Shown here: piece by piece, positions 21,327 to 29,312 of the stretch
Layout: every line of letters starts with the position of its first letter
Position numbering within the stretch: position 1 is the stretch's first letter
NCBI GenBank assembly: GCA_963668695.2
Contig: CAXXLQ010000001.1
Coordinates: 32,001 to 96,000, forward strand
DNA from: Vicinamibacteria bacterium
GTDB lineage: Bacteria > Acidobacteriota > Vicinamibacteria > Marinacidobacterales > Marinacidobacteraceae
DNA length: 64,000 bases
Reading direction: 5' to 3'
Translations under genes and position numbers: made by a program
Notes under the pieces: model-generated
The model's database searches: none
Told to the model about the DNA's origin: nothing
Seen by the model: only the letters and a program-made list of their open reading frames with translations

Positions 21327-21584
21327 TCAGTCTTCTTCGGGCACTTCTCCCTCTTCGGGGGCGCCGGCGAAATCGAGTTCGACCAAGACCCCATTGCCCT
21401 CCGAGATTTCCTTGAAATGGGCTACGACAGCTTGGAAGAGATCACCCATGAGAGGATGGTTTTTGTCTAGATCGGCCGCATCACACGTGGCCGCCCAGAA
21501 ATCTCCCGTCTGCCGCCACACGTGCACCGTGAAGCGCAGCGTCAAAGCACCGGGGCAACGGCTCTGAGTATCTGGATGGGTCAT
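21327..21584 (-). CDS. Small hypothetical protein (weak HicB-like N-terminal pattern)
   Basis: 85 aa, GGAGG upstream of the ATG; 'FTVHVWRQTGDFWAATC'. Confidence 0.4.
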   Translation of the reverse strand: MTHPDTQSRCPGALTLRFTVHVWRQTGDFWAATCDAADLDKNHPLMGDLFQAVVAHFKEISEGNGVLVELDFAGAPEEGEVPEED

Positions 21585-22359
21585 GGGGCCTCCGAGGGGA
21601 AGGTGGGCTATGGCTACAGCCCAAGTGGCAGGAATCCTACCTGCGGAATCGAAATCGTGGCCCGGTTCCCGCGGGCCCTTTGACTAGTCCTACCGCCCCT
21701 AATCGTCCGTGGTTCGCCTGCGCGCCCCAACGCGCTGAAGAGCGGTACGCTGGACTTCCTAGGTCCGCTACGAGTGCGCCGCGTCTGTCGCGTCGGCTCC
21801 CGCCAGGAATCCGTCCTCCGTGGGGCCACCCTCGGGGCCAATATTGCAGTAGCGGAAGTCAACACCCCCTTCCGCTACTACTTTCGCTACCCCGTTCTCG
21901 CTACCGTGTTTCACGAATCCCGTTGGCAGCACTACGTTCGCTCGCATCCTCCCAAACCGGACTCTCCGCTTTTGCGCGGAGAGTGGGGCTGGGAGCGACC
22001 CCCCTCCGATCGTACGATCTACAGCCCCGGAGTCCGGACTTATGCAAGCCCTTCTGCTACGGGTCCGGGGTCGCTCCCAGCCCGCGCCTGCGGCGCGATC
22101 GATCCCTGCGGGAAGGCTACGAACCCGCCTGCGCGGCGGGTGAAGGAGGCGGCCGGCGACGTCTCCGGCCGCCGCGTGGTCCTCGCTGCCGACACAGGCA
22201 TCGAGCCACCGCTCACCGAGGCGCTCAGGACCTCGTGGCCCGGCTCCAAGGCATTTTGGAGCCAGTGGGCCTGCGCCTCGCCGAAGGCGTCCTGGTCCGC
22301 CCGCGTGATGCGGGCGCCGACCACAACGGTGCGCCGCTCCGCCAGGAGCGCACCGGTGC

Positions 22360-22487
22360 GGGGGTCCGGGGGCAGAGCCCCCGTCCGTCCGTTGCTCCGG
22401 CAGCGGCGCGAGAGGCCGGGGGTTCGAAGGGGGGCGCAGCATCCCCTCGCCAGAGCACAGTGTGGACACACTGTGTAGGCTGGCTTA
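22360..22487 (+). other. Putative origin of conjugative transfer (ColE1/MOB-HEN-like nic)
   Basis: Perfect IR CACAGTGTG-GA-CACACTGTG (22456-22475) running into GTGTAGGCTGG^CTTA (ColE1 nic: GTGTATACTGG^CTTA); G-rich hairpins GGGGGCAGAGCCCCC upstream. Confidence 0.6.
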
Positions 22488-22549
22488 CGCTCAAGTGGCC
22501 TGCCGGCTCTGATGCTCCGGTGATCGTCTTCGGTGGTATTGGTCGAGAG

Positions 22550-22765
22550 TTATGCAGAACATTCCTTTGCGGCTGGCGGTGCCGGGGGCCCGCCCGGATG
22601 CTTGCGGCGGTGCTCTTCGGCCTCTCGGCACAGGTCTCGCGCTACGCGTTCCGCCGCGTCAGGCGTAAGAAGGGTGCTGTAGCGCAAGCCTGATTTGGTG
22701 CTCTTGAGTTCGAGCCATACTCCCTCCGGTCGGTAGTGAGCGCCGGGGCATTTTGGAACGGGCAT
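22550..22765 (-). CDS. Small hypothetical protein
   Basis: 71-aa ATG ORF with plausible composition, co-oriented with neighbours; no family recognised. Confidence 0.3.
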   Translation of the reverse strand: MPVPKCPGAHYRPEGVWLELKSTKSGLRYSTLLTPDAAERVARDLCREAEEHRRKHPGGPPAPPAAKECSA

Positions 22766-22807
22766 GTGCGAAATCGGAACCTCGGCGGCGGAGTCTACAA
22801 TCGCTCC

Positions 22808-23830
22808 TTAGGGCAACGCCTCGCCACACGAGCGGCAGGCCAGCGACTGGCCCCCTGAATAAGCCCCACAGGAGGGGCACGCCTCCGCTTTCAAACTCAG
22901 CGCGTGGACCAGCGCTAGCGGGAATGGCACCAAGGCCGCGTAAGAAGAGATCAGCGACATTCCGAGCGGCAATAGGCCACCGTAAGCCCACCAAGCCCAG
23001 AAGGATCTCCCCTTTTTCCGGGCAATCCTGCCCGGAATGATGCCTAACACGGGGCAGAGGAGCAGGCCCACCAGAAGCACGAGCGCCATCGTTTCGCGCC
23101 TTTCGCGCCGGACAATTGCGGGATCTAGCGGAGCGGCAAGTTGCTCGGTGCGCGCCTGAAGAGCGGCCCACGCTTCCGGTGCCGCCTGCTCCAACTTCGC
23201 CGCCGCCGCGTCCGCCGCGTCCGAAGCCGCGATGGACGCCAGCATCGCTGGCGAGAGCGATGCCGTAAAGGCCTCCTCAGTTGCGCTGACCAAGACGTCA
23301 AATTCGGCCTGCGCGGCAGCGGTCACTCTGTCGGCATCGGCATCGGCCGCCTCGAACTCCCTGCGAGTCCTGTTCGCAGCCGCCTCGGCCTCCCGGATTA
23401 CGAATCGGGCGGCGTTCCCAACCCCGATCCCATGTCCGGAGCGTTCGAACCGAAGATCGTCCTTCCTCTCATTCCAGGTGTGAACGTAGTTTTGCTGCGC
23501 CGCCTGTGCCACTTGGAGTTTCTCGTTCCGGAGTTCTACTGCAGCCTGAATTCGCGCGTTCAGTTCGTCTTCGGCCTCGGCCATCTCCCTCTCGAGTGCG
23601 TCGGCCCCCTGCCGTGCCAAGAACCGCTCCTTGTCAGGCACAGCCTGGGAGGCGATTTCCAGTGCCTCGTTCGCCGCCTTCCAGGCCGCGTATTCCAATG
23701 GCGCTGCTGTCTCCAGCACGCGCTCCGCGGCTCGCAACTCCGAGCCTCCACAGCCGGAAAGCGCGAGTGGGAGCGCCAGCGCGAGCAACAGCCGTGCCCC
23801 GGCGGACGCGCGGAGGATTCTCGGAGTCAA
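22808..23830 (-). CDS. Lipoprotein with Ala-rich coiled coil, membrane segment and C-terminal zinc ribbon
   Basis: Lipobox 'LALSG|C'; helical region; 'IIPGRIARKKGRSFWAWWAYG' TM block; CPSC...CRSC. Confidence 0.7.
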   Translation of the reverse strand: MTPRILRASAGARLLLALALPLALSGCGGSELRAAERVLETAAPLEYAAWKAANEALEIASQAVPDKERFLARQGADALEREMAEAEDELNARIQAAVELRNEKLQVAQAAQQNYVHTWNERKDDLRFERSGHGIGVGNAARFVIREAEAAANRTRREFEAADADADRVTAAAQAEFDVLVSATEEAFTASLSPAMLASIAASDAADAAAAKLEQAAPEAWAALQARTEQLAAPLDPAIVRRERRETMALVLLVGLLLCPVLGIIPGRIARKKGRSFWAWWAYGGLLPLGMSLISSYAALVPFPLALVHALSLKAEACPSCGAYSGGQSLACRSCGEALP

Positions 23831-24050
23831 TTCGCCCTCCTGCCGGTCACTGACCGGGCGGGAGGGGCTATCAGCCCAGAAGGCGCACTAACCGCTTGAA
23901 CCGGGGCGACGGTCGCAGCCGAAAAAGGATCGCCTGGCCCGGAATCCTCCAGCGCGCGGAGCGCCGCCAGCGGGGCTCGGAACGCAGCGGCGGCCGCCCG
24001 CCGCGCTGCCGAGAGAGGGGCGCGGCAACCGCCAGACGTCGCCGATGAGA

Positions 24051-24926
24051 TTATCGAGACAACCAATGCTCTGCAGCCCCTACGCTCGCATAATGCCAGC
24101 TGCTTGCGGCGCTCAGTAGGCGTTCAAGAAGTAGTTTCTCGAATGCAGCGCGATCGGCTACGGTCCCTTCCGCTACAGCCTCCGTCCACCTTGAGCTGCG
24201 GTTCCAGATTCCGTTGAATTCGTCCGCACGCAGTGCGGGGTTCAGCATCGCATCCGCGTAGCGATCCAAGGCGTTGACAAAGTAGCCGTGGGTATTCCTC
24301 ACTTGCGCCGCCTCCGCCTCCCTCCGAGCCGCGCTTGCCATCGTCCTTGCCAGATCGTCGGCCGTCGCCTCCGCCTCCCTCCGAGCGGCGTTCGCCGTCT
24401 GTATCGCTATGTCAAGTGCCACCATTGCCGCATCAGCAACGCCAGTGGCGGAATCCAAACCGTCAATCGCTGACGAGCGGTCGGGACACCCGCTCGAAGA
24501 ATCCTGGGCGTCCGGCCGGGATTCGGCCACGGAGAAGATTGCCACGGCCGCCTCGGCCGCCTTCGAAACGGCCAACAAGGCGGCAATGAACGGGTCCCCG
24601 ACATTGCCGGTGCGAACCGCATCCGATAGGACCTCGTCCGTGATTTCGCGGTAGCCTGGACCGCTTCCGGCTCTTCCCGAATTTCCCCCCACTACTACCG
24701 ATATCGCGCGCCGGAATTCATCACAACTACTAACGGTCCTTTCCGCCGCAACGCGGTGTATTGCCTCTGTATAGACACCGACAGAGCGCACCATCGAAGC
24801 GGCAGCGACCAGCGCCCTTGTAGCCCGCACCTCGGCTTGCGCGGCGGCAACGGCGGGGTGATCTTGTGCCGCCGCGGGCACCGGCAACAGGGCAAGCGCA
24901 ACGAGAATCGAAACCGTTTGGACCAT
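24051..24926 (-). CDS. Secreted Ala-rich helical hypothetical protein
   Basis: ATG 24926 with GAAGGA upstream; signal 'MVQTVSILVALALLPVPAAA|QD'; internal AARREAEA repeat. Confidence 0.65.
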   Translation of the reverse strand: MVQTVSILVALALLPVPAAAQDHPAVAAAQAEVRATRALVAAASMVRSVGVYTEAIHRVAAERTVSSCDEFRRAISVVVGGNSGRAGSGPGYREITDEVLSDAVRTGNVGDPFIAALLAVSKAAEAAVAIFSVAESRPDAQDSSSGCPDRSSAIDGLDSATGVADAAMVALDIAIQTANAARREAEATADDLARTMASAARREAEAAQVRNTHGYFVNALDRYADAMLNPALRADEFNGIWNRSSRWTEAVAEGTVADRAAFEKLLLERLLSAASSWHYASVGAAEHWLSR

Positions 24927-25194
24927 GTGGGGTTTTCCTTCTGGTTGGCAGGACGGCGTCCGATCCCCGGAGCTGCGGTGGGGCCCCGGTGCGCCAGCCG
25001 CAGCGGGCGGCTCCGCGTCCCGCATAGGCTACCAAGGGTCTAGGGATCCGCTCGCGCATCACCTGTGCACCGTCCTTATCGGCGCGAGGTAATCCGCCTC
25101 AGCTGGCGGCTCGTCGTCGCCATCCTTCCGGGCTTTCTGGATCGTGCTCAGAAACGGTTCGGGTGGCCGGGATGGCGGAATCAGAAGCCCGTGC

Positions 25195-26107
25195 CTAATC
25201 CGCCAGAAACGCGCTCCACGCCTCCATGAGCGCCCGTCGCCGCTCGAACAGGTCCGAGCGCCGGTAGGCGGCCTCCACGCGGTCCCGGTTCACGTGCGCC
25301 AGTGCCAGCTCGCAGACCTCCCTGGGCGTCTCGGTGCACTCCGCCGCCCAGTCCCGGAAGCTCGACCGGAACCCGTGCGGCACCGCTTGGATCCCGAGGT
25401 CCCGGACCATCTTCGTGATCGTCGCATCAGAGAGCCGCCGGCCCCGGGGCGAGGGGAACACCAGCCCCGTGCCGTCCGCGAGCGCCTGCGCCTCCCTCAG
25501 CACCGCCAGCGCCCCCTCGGAGAGGGGAACCCGGTGCTCGCGGCCCATCTTCATCCGTTCCGCCGGAATGCGCCACTCCCGCGCCTCGATGTCGATCTCC
25601 TTCCACCGCGCGCCGCGCATCTCGCTGCCTCGGCACGCCGTCAGCACCAGGAACTCGAACGCCAGCACGGTCGCGGGATAAGCCCCGGACCCGCGCACCG
25701 TAGCGATGGCCCCGGCAACCTCCGCATAGGGAAGCGCCCGGTGATGCTGCGGCCGGACCTCGTTCCGGGGCCGCGCCGCGCCGATGGCCTCCCCGGCCGG
25801 GTTGTCCTCCCGGTAGCCCTGCGCCACCGCCCACCGCATCACCGCGGCGATCCGGTGCCGCACCTGCCGGGCCGTGGCCCGCTTCTCGTTCCAGATGGGA
25901 AGCAATACCGCCATCACGTCCGCCGTGTGGATCCGGTCCACCGGTCTCCCGCGCAACCTCGGCATCGCGTGGTCTCGCAGCGTCGCCCGCCACAACTTCT
26001 CGGAGCGTCCGCCGTCCTTCCATCCGGTCCGGTGCATCGCGATGACCTTCTCGGCGGCTTGGTCGAAGGTGGGGACTGTGCGCTTGCCTCCGGTGACCAG
26101 CTCCCCG
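25195..26107 (-). pseudogene. P4-like tyrosine integrase, N-terminal arm-binding domain deleted
   Basis: Catalytic R ('LTACRGSE'), HxxR ('PHGFRSSFRDW'), 'LAH' and Y ('AAYRRS'). The frame extends upstream through 'KRTVPTF' then meets the antitoxin remnant at 26108. Confidence 0.85.
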
Positions 26108-26324
26108 GCCGGCGTCGCTGAAGGCGGCCGTTGCCGAGGTGAGCCGGGCCGACGGCACGAGCATCAACCAGTTTGTGACGACGGCGGTGGCGGAGAAACT
26201 CTCCGCCCTGAAGACCGCCGAGTTCTTCAACGACCGCGCGACCGGGGCGGACATCGAGGCGGCGCGCCGGCTGCTGCAGCGCGACGGCGGGCAGCCTCCG
26301 GCGCCCGAGGACCGGATTGCGTAG
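26108..26324 (+). pseudogene. 5'-truncated copy of the antitoxin at 11663-11914
   Basis: About 90% identical to 11698-11914 by eye; lacks the first ~12 codons (RHH beta-strand) and the toxin gene. Confidence 0.85.
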
Positions 26325-26618
26325 GGGCGACGCCGTTTCGGTTCGAATACGAACGACGCACCACTGATTGTCCTGCCGACTCCGTCCGTCGTGACCGAGC
26401 CGCGGCACCAACTCGGCGCGGCCTAGCGTCATCAGCGCTGATTTCGCGCTCCCGCGCGATGCCGGCCAGAGGCCGGCGCTCCAAGCCGTCCCCGCGATCC
26501 TGAGTCAGCAGCTCTGCGCGATTCGCGGCGCTCCGCGCCGCGGTGCCGGTGTGAACACCGGCGCTCCCCGGCCGTCCCGGTCGCCGTGCCGACCGGAATT
26601 CCACCCCCGGTCGCGTTG

Positions 26619-26660
26619 GGAATGGACGGAACCTTCCCGGTACACTGCTCGTTCATCTTC
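26619..26660 (+). promoter_or_regulatory. Conserved promoter-like block upstream of array genes 1-3
   Basis: GGAA...CCGG-TAnnCT-G..CGTT..TCTTC at 26619-26660, 29242-29283 and 32240-32280. The hexamers TACACT/TAGTCT/TAAACT lie 48, 49 and 49 nt before the respective starts. Confidence 0.65.
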
Positions 26661-26688
26661 AATTCTGGAGACTGGGACGCTGGAGGTC

Positions 26689-29106
26689 ATGCACCGTCAT
26701 TCGCTGATCCACAAGGTGTTCTGGAGGACCGTCGAGGCGGCCGTTTTGTTGCTGGTCGGCGCGTTCCTGGGCGCCGGCAGCGCGACCGCCGCCCAGGACG
26801 GCTCGGCTACTCCACCCACGGACCGCCGGGTTCAGGATGATCAGGACGACCTCGGGCTGTCTTCCCGTGGTTCCGGCAGGCTCGCCGACAGCCAGCAGGC
26901 GCTTGACTCGACGATGGAAAGCCGCATTCTCGGGCCGCCCGCCCCCGCGGCGGGAGAAGCCGTCAGCCGTGACGCCGACGGCCGGGTAACCCTCCGCGCC
27001 TTCCGGCTCGCCGAGCCGCTCACCGTGGACGGGATCCTCGACGACCCGGTCTACGACCAGGTGCCCGCAGCCGAGGGGTTTGTCCAGCAAGAGCCCGACG
27101 AAGGTGCGGCCGCCTCGGAGGGCACCCGCATCTGGGTGCTCTACGACACGGACAGCCTCTACATCGCCGCCGAACTCGAAGAAGACCATCCGGAGCGCCT
27201 GATGGCCAACGAGATGCGCCGCGACGCGCGGAACATCGACTGGGGCGACAGCTTCTCGGTCATCATCGACACCTTCTACGACCGCCGGAACGGCGTCCTC
27301 TTCCACACGAACGTGCTGGGCGCCCTGTTCGACGCGCAGGTGACCGACGAACGAAACGTAAACGCCGACTGGAACACGGTCTGGTGGGTGAAGAGCCACC
27401 TTCTCGACGACAGGTACACCGTGGAGATCCGAATCCCGTTCCGCTCGCTGCGTTATGCGGCCGGCGGCGCCCAGCTCTGGGGGATCAACTTCCGCCGCCG
27501 CATCAAGCACCGAAACGAACAGGCCTTCTTCACCCCGACGCCCCAGGCCTACAGCCGCGACGGATTGACCCGTCTCTCCAACGCGGCGACGCTCGTTGGC
27601 CTCGAGGCGCCCCCCGGCTCGCGAAGAATGGAACTGAAGCCGTACGCGATCGGATCCCAGAGCCACGTTCCCCTGCGGGACATCGACAACGAGTGGTCCG
27701 GCGATATCGGCGCCGACTTCAAGTTCGGCGTCACCGACGGGCTTACCGCCGACATCACCTGGAATACCGACTTCGCGCAGGTCGAGGACGACGAGACCCA
27801 GATCAACCTGAGCCGCTTCAGTCTCTTCTTCCCGGAAAAGCGCGAGTTCTTCCTCGAGGGGCAGGGGGTCTTCGACTTCGGCGGCCGGCAAACCCGCGCC
27901 CGCGCCTTCGGAGGCGGCTCCAACGATGCTCCCATCCCGTTCTTCAGCCGGTCGATCGGCATCTCGGGCGGCAGCGCGGTGCCGATTCTCGGGGGCGCCC
28001 GCCTCCACGGCCGCGCCGGCGCCTACCAGATGGGGCTCATGAACATCCAGGCCGGCGACGTGCCCGGCCTCGACGTGGAGTCCACGAACTTCAGCGCCTT
28101 CCGGATGAAGCGGGACATCTTCTCGCGCTCCAACATCGGGGTGATCGCCACCCATCGGAGCCTGAACGCCGCCGGCACCGGTTCCAACTCGCTCTACGGC
28201 GTGGACGGAGTCTTCAACCCGACCGATCACATCCGGATCAACACCTTCTACATGGCGACCAGCGAGCCCGGGGTGGACACCGGCCATCAGGCTGCCAGCT
28301 ACCTGGGCCAGTTCCGCTACGACACCGACCTGATCGATGTCACCGCCGAACGCCTCTACCTCGGCGAGGACTTCAATCCCGGGATGGGTTTCCTCCGCCG
28401 GAGCGACTTCACGAAGAACGGCGCTTCGTTCCAGTTCTCGCCGCGCCCCCGCGGCATCAAGGCGATCCGCCAGTTCGAGTTCAAGGTGGACGCGAACAAC
28501 TACGACCGTCCCGACGGCGAGATGGAGACGCGGGAATACAAGTTCGAGGCGAGGGCCGTTCTGGAGAGCAGCGACCGCATCTTCCTCGACCACACCGTGA
28601 CCGAAGAGCGTCTGCTCGGGGGGTTCGACCTCTCCAGCGAGGTCGGAGTGCCCGCCGGCAACTACCGTTTCGCCCGCACCGGGGTACGGTTGAGAATGGG
28701 ATCCCACCGCCCGTTATCGGGCTTTTTGCGTTACGAGTTCGGCGATTTCTTCGGGGGGAGCCGGCAGGAAGTGAGTTACATGGGACGCGCCGAGCTCACC
28801 CAGCGCTTTTCCGTCGAGCCGAACGTCAGCCTGAACTGGATCACCGTCCCCCAGGGTGACGTGCGGGCGACCGTGAGCTATCTCCGCGCGACGTACACCG
28901 TCTCGCCCCGCAGCTTCCTGGGCGCGCTCGTCCAGTACAACTCGGCGGCGCAACTGATGTCCGCGAACGTCCGTTTCCGCTGGGAATACTCGCCCGGTAG
29001 CGACCTGTTCGTGGTCTTCAGCACGAACCGCGACGGGGATGACGGGCTCTCCGGGCTCAGCGACCGGACGCTCGTCGTCAAGTTCACCCGCCTGTTCCGC
29101 TTCTGA
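26689..29106 (+). CDS. CBM9-like/DUF5916-type outer-membrane protein, paralog 1 (subfamily A)
   Basis: GGAGG + ATG 26689; signal peptide; 'VDGILDD', 'IRIPFRSLRY', 'WGINF', 'NTDFAQVE', 'FFPEKREFFLEG'; ends VKFTRLFRF (terminal Phe typical of beta-barrels). Confidence 0.85.
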   Translation: MHRHSLIHKVFWRTVEAAVLLLVGAFLGAGSATAAQDGSATPPTDRRVQDDQDDLGLSSRGSGRLADSQQALDSTMESRILGPPAPAAGEAVSRDADGRVTLRAFRLAEPLTVDGILDDPVYDQVPAAEGFVQQEPDEGAAASEGTRIWVLYDTDSLYIAAELEEDHPERLMANEMRRDARNIDWGDSFSVIIDTFYDRRNGVLFHTNVLGALFDAQVTDERNVNADWNTVWWVKSHLLDDRYTVEIRIPFRSLRYAAGGAQLWGINFRRRIKHRNEQAFFTPTPQAYSRDGLTRLSNAATLVGLEAPPGSRRMELKPYAIGSQSHVPLRDIDNEWSGDIGADFKFGVTDGLTADITWNTDFAQVEDDETQINLSRFSLFFPEKREFFLEGQGVFDFGGRQTRARAFGGGSNDAPIPFFSRSIGISGGSAVPILGGARLHGRAGAYQMGLMNIQAGDVPGLDVESTNFSAFRMKRDIFSRSNIGVIATHRSLNAAGTGSNSLYGVDGVFNPTDHIRINTFYMATSEPGVDTGHQAASYLGQFRYDTDLIDVTAERLYLGEDFNPGMGFLRRSDFTKNGASFQFSPRPRGIKAIRQFEFKVDANNYDRPDGEMETREYKFEARAVLESSDRIFLDHTVTEERLLGGFDLSSEVGVPAGNYRFARTGVRLRMGSHRPLSGFLRYEFGDFFGGSRQEVSYMGRAELTQRFSVEPNVSLNWITVPQGDVRATVSYLRATYTVSPRSFLGALVQYNSAAQLMSANVRFRWEYSPGSDLFVVFSTNRDGDDGLSGLSDRTLVVKFTRLFRF

Positions 29107-29312
29107 AAGGGACTTCGGACCGGCTCCCGGGTTCCGCCGCCCCTCCCCCACGTCTCTCCCCGGTTCCGCGTCACGCCTCGTTCGGGAGAAGGGCTCGTTT
29201 TGCGGCGAGCCCAGGATCTCCGCTACCCCCGGAGGACGCTCGGAATGGACGGAACCTTTCCGGTAGTCTGTTCGTTGGTCTTCGAATTCCAATTGTCTGA
29301 TCGTCGGCTCCC

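Larger units (their letters stand above)
18470..26107. mobile_element. Decayed integrative/mobilisable island at the tRNA-Val 3' side
   Basis: Lower-GC cargo, IHF consensus, oriT-like site and truncated tyrosine integrase. Boundaries are approximate; no second att repeat was found. Confidence 0.6.

Noticed and set aside
18470-26107. Integron cassette array or prophage
   Set aside because: I saw no attC-like RYYYAAC/GTTRRRY pairs after the genes, orientations are mixed, the integrase is P4-like rather than IntI, and there are no phage structural genes.
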